Assembly (NCBI RefSeq): GCF_009914755.1
Contig: NC_060929.1
Direction: 5' to 3' (one strand)
Source: the human T2T-CHM13v2.0 reference genome, Homo sapiens
Length of the DNA stretch: 64,000 bases
Positions 31,101 to 46,169 of this stretch are shown here, piece after piece (within the stretch, counting starts at the first letter, position 1; each line of letters starts with the position of its first letter). The notes under the pieces were generated by a model. The model searched no databases. It saw nothing but the letters and a program-made list of their open reading frames with translations, and had not been told where the DNA came from. The position numbers and the translations under genes are program-made.

Positions 31101-31535
31101 AGACTTTCTACCAGCCCCAGGCAGCTGCAGCTCTGTCTGAGACAGCAAATGCCTCTGGAAGTTAACTATGCCCTGTGCCCACTCATAAGGTTGCTATAGG
31201 CAGGGGTCACTTTAAAGAGAAGAAAGCAGAAGATGTTAGAGAGAAGCATTTATTATAGGAGGTGGGGAGGTGGGAAAGGTCAGTTAGATTCTCCTCCTAA
31301 TAACACATGACCCAGATGTCCCAGATATCAGATCTATCCCAATCAAATGACAAGGTTTCTTGAAAGGGAAAGTAAATAGCCTGATCCATTATGTGAGCCT
31401 CAAATGGTATATGAATGTGCGAGCAAGACAGAAAGAGAGAGAGAGTAAAAACTACAGAGCCTCTTTAAGAGGGAGCAGCTTGTATCCTTAGAAGGACCAC
31501 TGAGGTCAACAACAGGAAGAGTGAGAAGCTTAAAC

Positions 31536-31820
31536 TTTTTATTTTTTGAGACAGGGTCTTGCTTTGTTGCCCAGGCTCAAGTATAGTAGCACCATCATGG
31601 CTCACTGCAGACTTGACCTCCTAAGCTATCCTCCCACCTCAGCCCCCCAGGTAGCTGGGACTGCAGGCATGCACTACCACGCCCAGCTAATTTTTGAATT
31701 TTTTATAGTGATTAGGTCTTGCTGTTGCCCAGGCTGGTCTCAAAATCCTGAGCTCAAGCAATCCTCCCACCTTGGCCTCCCAAAGTGCTAGGATTACAGG
31801 CATGAGCCACCACACTCACC
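31536..31820 (-). mobile_element. AluJ
   Basis: GAGACAGGGTCTTGCT, GAGCTCAAGCAATCCTCCCAC. Confidence 0.92.
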
Positions 31821-32930
31821 AGTACCTTCATGCATGCTCTTATAACTTACATGTGAACAAATGAAAACGGTATCTGTAATTTCTTAGATAAGTCAATTCT
31901 GGAGGGAACTTTAAACAACATCCACCCCATATACAAGCAAGGAAAACAAGGACTAGAGGGGTGAATGATGTCTCCAAGGGTTCAAGACAAGTTGAAGCAA
32001 AAGCCCGTGGAGCATGTGGCCTCCTAGTACTAACTAGTCCATTTCAGATGTTAAAGGTAAATGTTATAGTTTACCCTATATAGCCCTTTTAAAAAAAATC
32101 TAAGTTTTTATCAGAAATAACTGAATTCAGATGAACTGTACTAACAGTTTATTAAATGGATACCTCAAAAGAGCCTTAACTAAGGTTAACTCAAATGTAC
32201 CTAGTGAGTTGAGTGAGGATTCTCCTGACATAGGATGAAGATCTGGGTCAATTCACCTGTGTCCATCTGTCATTTGCTGAGAAAGACCTATGGGGGAAAA
32301 GGGTGAAGGGTTAACTTCGGAATGTCTAACGCTGCATTAGAACAGTTGGAAGGACCATGAAGCATGGGGGAGATGCACAGATTTCCCCTCTGAAAACAAC
32401 TCCAATGCTACAGAGCCAGGGGAAGGAGGCAGCAGTATATCTGACGCTCTGAATTGGGTACAGCCATTCAGAAGTACAGAGACCTTCCTGAGGTAAGGTC
32501 ACCTGGAGAGCCAGAGGCTCATTTATGGCAACTTTGATTAAAGGAAAAAAAATTTGCTGAGAGATTCTCAGTGTAGAAAGCAAATAAATATCTCAAGCAA
32601 GGGCACCATAGCTCCCCCTTGTAAATGCTGGGCTATGCCTATGAGCCCAGCTTTGCAATCTGGAGTTTCATTTGACCAGCCTAAGGTAGTACCAGCCAAG
32701 AAATTAGATCTGCCAGTGTCCCCTTAACAATAGTGATGAAGAAGTGGAGCCTACAGACAGGACTCAAAAGCAGAAATCCCAGCAAAGTGTGGAGCTAAGC
32801 CAATGAGGTGAAGAGGCAGCCCATTCAGATCTCAGCCCTGAAATCTCCTTCCCCCTATCTCCCCGCCAAAATCCTGACCACTCCTTTATGCCAAACTCAA
32901 TCCAACTTGTTCCACGAAGATAAGCCTGTC

Positions 32931-33046
32931 TGGCTGCGATGGCTCACGCCTGTAAAACCAACACTTTGGGAGGCCGAGGCAGGAGGATTGCTTGAGGCCA
33001 GGAGTTCCAGACCAGCCTAGGCAACATGCTGAGATACCATCTCTGT
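32931..33046 (+). mobile_element. Left Alu monomer/FLAM, 3'-truncated
   Basis: GGCTCACGCCTGTAA..GGATTGCTTGAGGCCAGGAG; no A tail. Confidence 0.85.
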
Positions 33047-33539
33047 CAGGCTGCTGCCAAAGGCTTTCCTTTCATTGTGTTCCTAAACTTTGCCTCTTTC
33101 CATCAGAATTCCCTACCTATGTGTTTTCACCAGTTTGTGAGCTGGACCTTATCTTATTCACATTTGTACGTTCCTCCAGAGCCCAGACATTTGCTTGCCT
33201 TTGTAAGAGTGCAAAAATTTATTTACTTTGTTGAATATAGAAGCACACTTAAAGGCTTAAAATGTTACGGCTAGGCATTCCAGCTAGCACCAACTGGGAT
33301 TGCAGGAAGTATTGCTAAATGGTCCTGAACACTAAATTAGAAAATCCTCTTTTTTTTTTTTTTTACAAGTCTCTATTCAATTCTCACCTCCATCAAGACA
33401 TTTCTTAGCACATTATTCTAGCATTTGTAGCCAACTTGGCCACTGCTCACTGTGCCCAGATTCTCTGCCTTCTGACATCTCTTCTACTTTTGTCCTTTAC
33501 TGCTTTTCAACTCCCATATGTTTTTCTTATTATGTATCA

Positions 33540-33772
33540 CAGAGATTAAGAACACAGACTTTGCTATCAAATAGATCTGAGTTCAACTCCTAAGCTAACA
33601 GTTACTAATCAAGCACCCTTTGACTTGCCTTCTCTCTAAGTTTTTATATCTGTAAAATGGGAAAATAATAACGCCTACTCCATAGGGTTATTGTGACCAT
33701 TTAATGAGTCAAATGTAAAGTGCCTAGCATGAATCCTGGCACAATAATAAATGTTAGTTCTTATTTTTACTA
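33540..33772 (+). mobile_element. MIR
   Basis: ATCTGTAAAATGGGAAAATAATAACGCCTACTCCATAGGGTTATTGTGA core. Confidence 0.85.
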
Positions 33773-33833
33773 TTAATATATAATAAATAGCTCCCAGGTT
33801 ATTAGATATTTTCTTAGGAAATGGACTTCTTTA

Positions 33834-34273
<440 letters not shown>

Positions 34274-35701
34274 TCAGTTTGGGATACCCTGGTATAGAGT
34301 GTACTTCAGTCTTCAATCACAGTATATGATTTTTGAGGGCTGAAATTATGTCTTCTGGGTTTTCTGCTCACTATAACACCTATAACAGTGCCGAGAGTTG
34401 GAAAACACTTAATAAATACTTGAACATTTGTTGATGCCAAATTTTAATTCTCCATTGAATGTTAGAATTAAGCTCTAAAAATGTGAAGTTATTCTCTTTA
34501 TTAATAGAGGAAAAAATGAGTTTTGCTTTCCTATTCTTTGGAGGACTTGATGTTAGTATTGCTTTTGCCCAGAACATGAGTTATCAATTCCAAATGGGAC
34601 TCTCAGTTTCCAAAGTTCTGCGGCCAGTTCCAAGGAAGGACATTCAAGCCCCTAAGCCAAGTCACACTATCTGGGAAGAAAGGGCGTTGTTAGCCAGTGT
34701 CTGAACCAGAAGTTTTTCACATCTCTGCGGACAACCAGATGTCATGGTGCACTATTGCAATTGCTTGCATGAGGCCATTTGCAGCATGTCAATTTGTACC
34801 AAGTCTAACTTTTTCAACATAGGCTAGAAATTGAGCCAAAAATTCAATAGGAACTCTGTCAATAATTAACTCATGTTATTGAACCCTTTTGTTAATGTAG
34901 ACACACTATAAATATATATTTATTCAAAAGAATTGATAAAAGGTGCATTTGTCCAAATGTAAATACAGTCGTATGACACGACCTGCAGTTTATGTCCTTC
35001 CCTCCCTCTTTCCTTTCCTTTCAGGATTTTTGATATTTTTCCTTCTCCTTTGCTTACCTATGAGTAATAGTTGTAGCATGTTTTGGGGCAAAATAGATGC
35101 TGACCAGAAATAGGGTATCTTTTCTTGTCCTATTATTGGAATTAGTTTCTACCTTTCTTGAAGTAATCTGTTAACTAATTGTGCACTCTAACACTTGATC
35201 ATAATGTGAACTGAAAATGCAATAACAATAGCTAAAGAAGATAAAAGAAAATTTAAAGTCTTTTTTTATAGATCCGGTCAGCATGAAAGCTCAGACCTCA
35301 ACATTTTTATTCCTTTTTCTTTTCCTAACATATGTGTGGCAGAGACTAAGCAGGTTCTTTTCCTTGAGCCTTTGTGTTCTTCAAACTAACTGACTCTGGC
35401 ACCCTGCTCAGAAGAATGCAGAGCAGGCCCGTGGGCAAGTGTTGACTTGTTTAAAACACTGTTGAGAGCATTAGGAAGGTTTAAGTAAGGAATTGGGAGC
35501 AGATTTTGCTAATTCTGACATTCTGCGCTGCACTATCTGCTAGCCTGGGGGCACGGACTTCCTCTATGGACCTTAACACACAGAAATGAATATAAGGCAA
35601 TCCTCTATCCCCCACAGGGGCACGCACACACACTTCACACTTCACTACCTAAAATAATGTACAACAGTGTATATGAAAGCATACTTAAAAGCAAAAAAAC
35701 A

Positions 35702-36012
35702 GGCCAGGTGCAGTGGCTCACGCCTGCAATCCCAGCACTTTGGGAGGCCGAGGCGGGTGCATCACTTGAGGTTAGGAGTTCGAGACCAGCCTGGCCAACA
35801 TGGTGAAACCTGGTCTCTACCAAAAATACAAAAATCAGCTGGGCGTGGCGGTGCACATTTGTAATCCCAGCTATTCAGGAGACTGAGGCAGGAGAATCGC
35901 TCAAACCCTCGAGGCAGAGGTTGCAGAGAGCCCAGATCATACCACTGCACTCCAGCCTGGTGACAGAGTGAGACCCTGTCTCAAAAAAAAAAAAGAAAAG
36001 AAAAGAGAAAAC
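35702..36012 (+). mobile_element. Alu (AluS)
   Basis: Full dimer with A tail. Confidence 0.95.
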
Positions 36013-37437
36013 AAAAATCAAATCGTAAGACCCTGTGCTTGGTTCCTCTACTCCCACCAACAAGCTAATTCTCTCTATCCTAGTTCTTTGGGACTCTTGT
36101 CTGTGAGTGGAACTTGGAGGAGCCCCTCAGATGACAGCTTCCTAAGTGACTTGCAGAAGTGTTCAGAAAAAGCTTAGTTGCCCCGAGCCTTTTCTTCTCA
36201 TGCCCGCTGTGCATACTCTTTCTATTTGAATGCCAGCAAGGAAACCAGTGCCTCCTCCAGTGCGTTCCTTTCTTCCAGACTTTGAGTGACCTCGAAGACC
36301 CACTCTAGTCACTAATGAGTTAAACTTTCTGCCTTCTTAGCCTACCCCACCCTTTAATAATCTTGCTAATGTATAACTTATCTTTGAAGATAGAGATAAG
36401 AAGACCCAATCACTCACAACTTGTGTTTAGAACAAAGTTTTGGCTTAATAACTAGAACCAGGAGCAAGTTAGAGGAAATAAGGAATCTGGCTTAGGCCAA
36501 AGTCCAGAGCCCCACTTGAGGCCAAGGGAGTGGGCTTATGGGTGAATTCTAAGTATATGAGTAGAGAAAATCAGCCCTGCTTCTGACTCCCATTGAGAGA
36601 ATTAGACTCTCCTCTTTGCATTCCCTGCATAGCTCTAACAAGCAGGCCAAAGCTTGGCCACAAGCCAATAAGACTTGGAGCAGCCAGCAATCAAGATACC
36701 ATTTTTTCCTGGTTCACAATGTCTCCAAGTTTCTAGATATGAACTTCCCTTCTTCCAATCCATGAGAATTAAATTTGCAAAGTGACAAAAGCTTTACAGA
36801 GAGCAGGGTGGACAAAGCACCCTGGTAGAATCTGGTGCTTAGCTAGAACCTGAGCCGGTTCTATTCATCTTGGTCCTGGGTCTCCTTCCCATCATGTTGC
36901 CCATGCTGAGCACAGTTACGCTGTGCTGGCACCAGCCTGTGTAGGTTTAGATGCAGTTGCCAGAAGGTGCTGGATTCAGGTACCCAGGCCTCTGCTGCCT
37001 GTCTGGGGGCTTAAATGACCAAACCATGTGACTATAGGGAGTCACTCTCCTTCCTGCCCATGTCACAGCCCCTACAATTTAGTAGGAGCTAGACTCACAC
37101 AAGGAATTTATTTTTACTTTGGAAAATGGAATAGTGTTATTTTGGCTAATTATCAACATGCAAAAGCCTCATCATGAAAACAAATATACAGTGTGAATGG
37201 AACCTACGGGGTTCGCAGTCATCATATTTTATATATCCAAAAGGGTGTTGTCTCCTTTGACATAGTTTCTTCAACTAGTCAGAAGTTTAAATACTTTAAA
37301 TAAGAGTTCACGACATTTTCATTTTTTAATATCCTCAATGGTGGTAGCTCTGTACTCTTGCAGGGTGGATTTGGGTTTTGAAGGCAACCAAAAGTCATTT
37401 AGACTTCAGTCTGAAGACTACCATTGGTTGTCCAGCT

Positions 37438-37970
37438 GGTTACAGGCAGCAACTAAAATGGTCCCTGGAAATCCCTGCCTCCTTGTATTCATGCCCTTGG
37501 GCAATCTCTTCCCCTTGAGTGAATGCATTTTTAAGAAACAGTATATAGCAAAAATGATAGTGTGCCACTTCCAAGATAAGGTTACAAAAAGTGTGGGACT
37601 TCCATCTTGCTCACACTCTTCCTATTCCTTTCTCCCTTGTTTGATTTCTGAGGGAAGCCCCTGCAATGGTGTGAGCTGCCCTATGAGAGGCAAGAAACTG
37701 GTGTCTCCAGTCCGCAGCTACAGAGAGCCAGAGGTCGGTTAGGAGCTGCCTGAGTGAGCTTGGAGCAGATCTTCCCCCATGCAAGCCTCCACAAATCTGT
37801 GGCCCCAGCTGTCACTGTGCTTGCAGCCTCATGACAAACCCTAAGGCAAAGGACCCACATAAGCTTCACCCAGACCCCTGACCCACAGAAATGAAGAGAT
37901 AGCAAATGTTTGTTTTCACGATGCTCTGTTTTAGGGGTAATTTGTAACACAGTAATAGATAACTAACACA
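37438..37970 (+). mobile_element. MLT1F-like solo LTR
   Basis: GTATTCATGCCCTTG, GAGTGAGCTTGGAGCAGATC, GGGGTAATTTGTAACACAGTAATAGATAACTAACACA. Confidence 0.85.
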
Positions 37971-39187
37971 GATTATGTTAGAATCAAATGAGGGTGTGGC
38001 CGCTGAGCAAGAAAAATGATTTTCTTTTGTACCTCAAAACTGATGACTCCAAATTAACTCTCATCCTGTCTTAACATGCATCTTACATCTGGGAGCCCCT
38101 ATCTTCAGGACTATAAGTCTGACACCTCCCCTCTCCGCCTGACAGTGAGCTTAGGGCAGGGACCAATGGACCAATGGACCAAGGCTGGTCTGAGTAGAAG
38201 GCTACCTAGCAGGGTGCTTAAGGAATGCCTTTGAGTCTTCCATTCTTTTTCTTTTTATTTCAAATTACTACCCTGTCTTCCTGCTATGGCCAGGATGGGG
38301 AAACGTATTTAAACATAGCTTCAGGTACAAGAGCAGTTCTGTCAAAGTAATGAGGAGACCAGTTTAAGTGAGCAATGAACTGAGTTCTAGAGATGGTGGC
38401 AGCAGCACTCCCTGCCTCCCCACCCCTAGTATTTAAAATGCCCACCACCCAACCCACATTGTAAGCAAACCTTTATCATCTCCACTCCTTATAACCAAAC
38501 TCTTCTTTGTCAGCCTTCTCCAGAACTAAATCAGAGAAAACAGGTTATTCGAACTGCTCGAGAGGAATTTCTTCACACACTTAGCCTTCTCTTCCTGCCT
38601 CTTAGGAAGCTGCTGTGAGGCACATTCCACTCCCTGATGATGAGAGAGAGAGGGAAAATGAAAAGCAAGATGGAGGCAAAATAGAAAGTCAGGGAGAAAA
38701 AGAAATAAAGAGAGGTGACCCCACCTGCCCTACCACTGGGCTACCATGCTGCTTGAGTAGTCACTTCTTTTTCTGACAATGGACTGGCAGGTGTGTTCCT
38801 GATTTGCTTGTTGTCTATTTGATATGACATGTCATATCAGTTAGTCCAGTGAGTTAAAATTGCTCAGAAATGTGGTCACAATATATCTCCATTTCCACTT
38901 TTGTCCACAAGCTTCTCGACAAAACTGGTTGGCCAACTTTTAAGTGTCTCTGCTATTCCCTGAGTGGGAAAAGTAAAGACTTCTTTAAAATCTGGAATCA
39001 TTGCTTTATGAACTCAAAAAAAGAGAGGGAGAAGGGGTGGGGACTGTAATTTCCATGGTAAGCCTTCTGGCCAGGAGGCCAAGTCTAACTTCTTATCTTA
39101 AGTGTTGAGTTTATACAGCTGATCTTCTAACAAGACTATTATATGTTGCTTCTGGGCTCAAAATTGTATGGGAATAACTTGTGGAGT

Positions 39188-39506
39188 CTTTTGTTTATTT
39201 GTTTGTTTGTTGTGTTTTGTTTTGTTTTCAGATGGAGTCTCGCTCACCCAGGCTGGGGTGCAGTGGCACGATCTCAGCTCACTGCAACCTCTGTCTCCTG
39301 GGTTCAAGCATTTCTCCTGTCTCAGCCTCCTGAGTAGCTGGAATTACAAGCGCATGCCACCACACCCAGCTAATTTTTGGGTTTTTAGTAGAGACAGGGT
39401 TTTGTCATGTTGGCCAGGCTGGTCTCAAACTTCTGATCTCAGATGATCTGCCCCCCTTGGCCTCCCAAAGTTCTGGCATTACAGGTGTGAGCCACCGCAC
39501 CCGGCC
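39188..39506 (-). mobile_element. Alu (AluS)
   Basis: Reverse Alu with (GTTT)n tail; AATAACTTG repeated on both flanks. Confidence 0.94.
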
Positions 39507-40529
39507 AATAACTTGGGTTTGGTGCCCTTGTTTGTAGTAGTTGAAGAATTATAGAAAAATGCATAAAAATCTTTCCACGTGAAATTTTTTGCCTAATTTT
39601 AAGGCTGTTTCCTCAACTTGCTGTCCAACAGTCTCTTTCTTTTGATGCCACCAACATACCTCTTATCCAGAACACTCCTTTTGCCTGCTGGCAATCAGGA
39701 AACAGAAAGCCTTTGCTAAGCTGTCACATGGCAGAAAGGACAGCTTGAAGAATCAGTGAGCTGTTCTCCTTGGACTATGGGAAGCAGTTCTCTAGAAATC
39801 AAAAAATCCAAAGACAGCCCTGAGGCAGGGGAGTTTTCTTTCTAGCCCCGGGGAACGTATCCTTTCCAATGGAACTAAGAAGGTGATGTGTGCCCTTTCT
39901 CTCCCTACTGCACTGACTAAATTCTAAATGGAGCAGGAACTTCTGTGATCTCATCCTTCTCTTTCTTCATCATTCTTCCGAGTTGGCAATTCTTTGCCAA
40001 GAACAGGAAATTGCATACTTAAGATTTGCTTTGGATTAGAGAGTTCGTGAAGAAGAGGTAGATTTGGGGTATTAGTATGAGTGTATGTATGTATTAGAGA
40101 CACTTTCAGGTCTCCTCGTGGGAGGCGCAACCAGAAAGCAACAGTAATAGCATTTTAAACTTTAGTGTCAGGCCTGCAGAGAGACGGTGCCAAACACCCT
40201 TCCAACCCCATCACCTTCCTGCTCCTCACACCTTCAGCAGCACTTCCCGTCTGGTTTTCTGCTTGCAGCACGGGCTGGATGATACTTGTACATGCCCCTG
40301 CCATGGGTACCCAGAAAGCACGTGCAAGTGAAGGTTCTAAGCTGTAATTTTCCATCAGGAGGAAAGCATAATATTAGTGAGTAAGGAAGATGTTATTAGA
40401 AGGCTGACACTGGATCCGCTATCACTTATATTTTTAAAAATAAAATAAATAAACCATTCACATGTCAGTATTTGCAAACACTACTGATAGCCAACTGCCT
40501 GCTCCCCATTCCACCAGTTGATGCAATGC

Positions 40530-40730
40530 AGTGTCATGGTATGCATGGAGGCTCTGGGTCTCAACCCCTTACTGTGCAACTCGTTGAAGCTGCTTAACCC
40601 TGAGCCCTGGTTTCTTTTGAAAACTTAGGATGATAATAATTCATAGTTCATGAGGTTGATGGGATTGTAAAGTATACTAACTACATCTAAAGCTTTTGGA
40701 GTAATGTTAACTTTAGGAAAGCAATAGTAT
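40530..40730 (+). mobile_element. MIR, degenerate
   Basis: GCTTAACCCTGAGCCCTGGTTTC..GATAATAAT..TCATGAGGTTG. Confidence 0.55.
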
Positions 40731-40859
40731 GTATAGTTCAATTAGGGAAAAATGTACCAAAGTGTTCTATGCGTGTTATGACAGTAGAATGCTGCCCACC
40801 CCACCTATGTATCTCTTAGACAATCTTGGTAACCTGAGATTAAGAACATTTGCCTAGCA

Positions 40860-41070
40860 CAGGGTGTGACAAAGTATTGTGTTGGGGGGCAAATGCAGCC
40901 GACTTGCTTTTGTAAATGAAATTTACAAAATTAACTAGTTTATGTATTGTCTATCACTGTTTTCAAGCTACAGCATCAAGGTTGAGTACTTCAGGCAAAA
41001 GACTGTATGAGCCACAAAACCTGAAATACATATTCTTAGCTCTTTGCAGGAAAAGTTTGCCAACCACTTA
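40860..41070. mobile_element. MER58A-like (hAT-Charlie)
   Basis: TTTATGTATTGTCTAT..GTTGAGTA..AAAAGTTTGCCAACC. Confidence 0.75.
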
Positions 41071-41131
41071 CATAGCCTGCTGTGAGACACTAATTATATC
41101 CAGCATAGCCTGTATTGATACAGCTTTTTTG

Positions 41132-41309
41132 CAGGACCAACTACATAATTTGTGAAGCACACTGCAAAATAAAAATGTGAAGCCCCTTGTTCCAACCTTA
41201 TTAGGAATTTCCAGACAACAACAGCGTATCATTAAACCAAGCATGGGACCTCCTGAATTAGACCTAGTCTGACTGACTACAGAGGTAACACACCATGAAT
41301 CCAGCCATG
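41132..41309 (-). mobile_element. MER45A-like (hAT-Tip100)
   Basis: CAGGACCAACTACATAATTTG..CATTAAACCAAGC; reverse of the element family at 18084. Confidence 0.75.
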
Positions 41310-42226
41310 CCTTTATGTTCTCCAGAATTTACCCCTAGTGTAAATTCCATTTTCATTTTCATCCCCAAAGTACTTTTGAGGCAAAAGCTAGAACGAAAAA
41401 AGAGAAGTATTACCAAAGTTATGCCATGAAATAATTCCAGGCGAATTGGGTTTGGAGTTATCTATTGAAGGCAGAATTGTTCATATGAAACACTCTTCCT
41501 TCATGTAGCACAATATTTTTTCTCTTGGTTCTTTGTATTAAATTATTTTCCTGGGTTTTTTCTAATTTCTTAAGTTATTTAACTAACTATTTTATCCATT
41601 CTATCAATACTGGTTAGCTGAGCCACAGAGAATCATCATATTTGGCATTTGGAGTCTGACAACTATTAATGCATTTTTCCTTGAGCAATAAAGAAGGCAT
41701 TTGGTATTTTTAACCTTGTAAAACTAGAAAATGTGTCCTAAAGGTGAGAAGAGCAACCCTAAGCTTATCAGAGGCAAGGGTCCAAGATAAAGTATTACTC
41801 AAGTTTTCTTTTTCTCATTTTTTTCTATAAAATATCACCTGCCATTTGGTTCCTAATTTATAGTATTCCTTTTTTAAAATGGAAGTTTTATAGATCTTTG
41901 AAAAGTATGTACTTTTAACTCATTTGAACATTTCTGTCCCATCAATGTCAGGACTTAAAAAGGCTTGATAACCAAGAGCAGCTAGGAAATAATTCTGCTG
42001 CCTTTCTTCGCTGGTTATGCTGATAAATGAGGAACAAAGTGGACAATCTCCCACCTCTTTGTGTCATTTATGCTACAATAACACGTGGGTTAAGGCACAG
42101 GATAATTAAAAAGATAAAGTTGGGCAGACCCCCACAGATCAGCATCCTTTCCAGACCCAGACCCACGTTTTTTCTCTTTAATTAGCAGGATGACAAAGGC
42201 AATGGGAGCTAAGAGACGATTCCAGG

Positions 42227-42403
42227 AATTAGCCGGGCATGGTAGTGCCTGCCTATAGTCCCAACTTCTTGGGAGGCTAAGATGAGAGGATTGCTGGAGC
42301 TAAGGAGTTTGGGGCTGCAGTGAAACTAGGATTGAGCTACTGCACTCCTGCCTGCGCAATAGAGTGAGATCGTGTCTCCAAAAAAAAAAAAAAAAAAAAA
42401 AAA
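42227..42403 (+). mobile_element. Right Alu monomer (FRAM/AluJ)
   Basis: AATTAGCCGGGCATGG..A23 tail. Confidence 0.88.
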
Positions 42404-42491
42404 GAAGTGGATTTCTTCTCAGGCAACCCTTCCTAAACCCCTTTACCCATAAGCTTTTCCAAAGTCAAGAATAGGAACAAGGGATGTATAA

Positions 42492-42620
42492 GGCTAGGCA
42501 CAATGGCTCATGCCTGTAATCCCAACAGTTTGGGAGGCCAAGACAGGAGGATAGCTTGAGCCCAGGAGTTCAAGACCAGGGCAACAAAGAGAGACCCCAT
42601 CTACATAAAAAATAATAAAA
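42492..42620 (+). mobile_element. FLAM/left Alu monomer
   Basis: GGAGGATAGCTTGAGCCCAGGAGTTCAAGACC. Confidence 0.88.
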
Positions 42621-43332
42621 TGAAAGAGGGAGAGAGAAAAAAAATAGACATATATGTTAACTATAGGACGAGACCCTGTCTTTACTCTTCCTCTGTTTGC
42701 CCATCTCTGGGACCCATTCTCAGACCTGGCGTTCCTTGTTTTCTTCCTCTTGAAGTAAGGAGAGTTTGTGCAAATTTACTGGAAGTTAGTCATGCCTTTG
42801 TATTCCTACTTCCACAACTCAGCGTGGTCCTCCAGCTTCCACAAACAAATGGCCCACTCTCAGCCAAACAGACCACATACCTTCAGAAGAGAGTGACCCT
42901 AAGAGGCAGCAAGAGCTGGAGATGATGTCTGAGAGCCATGCACTTGAAAGCCGGCAGTGTCCTGGCCGTGGCTGGCTGAGCTGGTGTCCTCACCACAGTC
43001 TCCCTGCAACATGGTCTTGAGAGATCCTCTGCTCCTAGTCTCCTGCAGTCCAGCTCATCTTCACCCCTTTTTTTTCCTAGACTTCCCACCCACTTTGTGA
43101 GATCTCTGGTTGTTGAGATCTCTGGTATCCTTCTAGTCATCAGCTTGTCCACTTTTGTTCACTGAAATTGGCTTCTGCAGTTTGTAACCAGGAGCCCTAA
43201 CCGACACCACTGCTATTTTTAAGAATCAGGGTTGTAAAAGAAAGAAAAAAGAAATCCCAATTGTTTAGAATGGGTCATACCCTCTGAGGGGGCTGAAGAC
43301 ATCTGTGCTGGCTTCCTATAAAAAGTACCTGT

Positions 43333-43617
43333 GGCCTGGCACAGTGGCTCATGCCTATAATCCCAGCACTTTGGGAGGCTGAGGTGGGTGGATCACCTGA
43401 GGTCAGGAGATCGAGATCAGCCTGGCCAATATGGTAAAACCTCTCCTCTACTAAAAATACAAAAATTAGCCGGGCGTGGTGGCACATGCTTGTAATCCCG
43501 GCTACACAGGAGGCTGAGGCAGGAGAATCGCTTGAACAAAGGAGGCAGAGGTTGTAGTGAGCCGAGATTGTGCCACTGCACTCCAGCCTGGGCGACAGAG
43601 CCAGACTCTGTCACAAA
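43333..43617 (+). mobile_element. Alu (AluSx-like)
   Basis: TSD AAAAAGTACCTGT. Confidence 0.96.
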
Positions 43618-43984
43618 AAAAAGTACCTGTAACTCTGCCCAGTAGAGCATCTTGGGCTCAGTGCTCTGTGCAAATACGCTTGTCTCACACCTCTGCCCGG
43701 CCACCGCAGCCTCTCAGGACTCCCCCACGGGACTGAGCTGTCTTCAACTGGTGGTAAGAGAGAGGAAAGGCATTTTTAAAGTGGAAGGAACTTGACTGAC
43801 CACACCCTCCTGAGCCTTTTTGCTCCCCTCCCGTCCCCTCAGTGGTCACTACCATACCCAAAATGTGTTTAGAATCAGAAGTAAAATGTTATCAGTAAAA
43901 AAAAAAAAAAAAAAAAAAAAATCTGTTTTGTTCATTTCTATCATCCCTTCTTCAGGGCAAAAACACATAGAAGTTACAAGTAAG

Positions 43985-44200
43985 GGTTGTTAAAAATAGA
44001 GACCTGGATTCAAATTCCAGCTCCACCATTCACTTGTTCCCTTAAACTCTTTGGGCCTCAATTTCTCCATCAATAAAATGAATATAAAAATGATGTCTGC
44101 CTCATAAGTGTTGTGAGAATCAAGAGTCCCATGTAAAGCATTCAGAGCTGTGACGGATACATTAAGTGCTCATTAAATGTTAATTACTGCTATTATTATT
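43985..44200 (+). mobile_element. MIR
   Basis: GACCTGGATTCAAATTCCAGCTCCACCA..GGGCCTCAATTTCTCCATC..AAGTGCTCATTAAATGTTA. Confidence 0.85.
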
Positions 44201-44730
44201 GTATTATTTCAATCTCGTCATAGTGCTTGCTGCATAGCATTTTTTCCAAGGTGGGGCGAGGTTATATGAGTGGGAAAATAATCAGCTGATTCTTTTTAAA
44301 TGCAAAGGAAATGCATGTTTTTAACATCACAATAGGATTTCACTTCATCAGAAGCGCCAAGCAGAACATAACTAACTGTTTGAGGAAGTGGTGTGGGTAA
44401 TTATAACTCAGTCTCATTGACAACATGAAGCGAGGCCTCCGTTTTAAAGGGCTCACTTGGCATTTCATATGGCTGCCTGCTGCCCCTCTGTTCCAAGTTC
44501 ACTTTAATCTGCCATTTTGGACCCAAATAGAGATCACTGACACATTCAAATAGACACGCCTTTCTGTTTTAAACAGATTTTAGTGCATTTTGGTACAAGC
44601 AAAAAAGTTTCACAAATAATGTGATTTCTAGAACTTCAGGCTAGTGAACCAACATCTGCTGAGTAATCACATGACCTCAGGCCAGGGAACTCTGTAGGCC
44701 ACTGCAAAAAGTAACTTAAAAATGAAATTT

Positions 44731-45355
<625 letters not shown>

Positions 45356-45765
45356 TCACCACTCTGGAGTGAAGGCTTCCTCTCTTGAGAATATGAACCT
45401 GCAGTCACAGCCCTGCTGTGGCCAGGGAAACATGTGGCCTTGTGTGTGCCACGGGGATTATACATGGGTTCCCTGGAAGATTTCCCCTGTGAACAAAAGC
45501 AGAGACCCACCAAGAGGACAAAGAAATTAGATTCATGACCCACAAAAGGGGAGACTGAGCCTGAGAAGTGTGTGTAAACAGTGATGCCATATAAATGGAA
45601 AGAAAGGTCAGGTGCCAGGAAGGCCAGAAAGAGTCCAGGGCAAGAAAGAGAAGGGGGTTACACTGCCAGGGTTTGGATCCTGGCTTCAATACTTACAAGC
45701 TGTGTGATTTCAAGCAAGTTAGTTGAATTATCTGTACTTCATTTTTCTCATCTGTGAAATGGAGA

Positions 45766-46119
45766 TGAGTCTGTCTGCCACTTCTTCTAACCACCATGAC
45801 CTCCAGAGAACAGTGGCTGCGGCTATTCTTCTGTCTCTAAAACCTCAACACCTTTTGGTGAACTCTCACCAGGAACATTTAGATGAGGATAATACAGTTC
45901 CTGCTAAACCAAACTGATAACCAATCGTTAGGGGCTGAATTGTGCTCCTCATCTTCCCAAATTCGTATGTTGAAGTCCTAACCCCCAGTACCTCAGAATG
46001 TGACTATATTTGAAGATCTGCAAAGAGCTAATTAAGGTTGGATGAGGTTCACAGGGTGGGCCCTAATCCAATATGATTGGTATCCTTAAATGAAGAGTTG
46101 ATTAGGGCACAGATAGGCA
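45766..46119 (+). repeat. Left arm of inverted duplication (copy of 46867-47225)
   Basis: Manual alignment: 13 substitutions plus one 5-bp indel over 354 bp. Confidence 0.97.
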
Positions 46120-46169
46120 GCTCTGTCTCACAGTGCTATTGTGTGGATTAAACTTGTTAATATACATAA

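Noticed and set aside
43897-43921. Isolated A25 tract
   Set aside because: No retrocopy body or clear TSD; simple mononucleotide run
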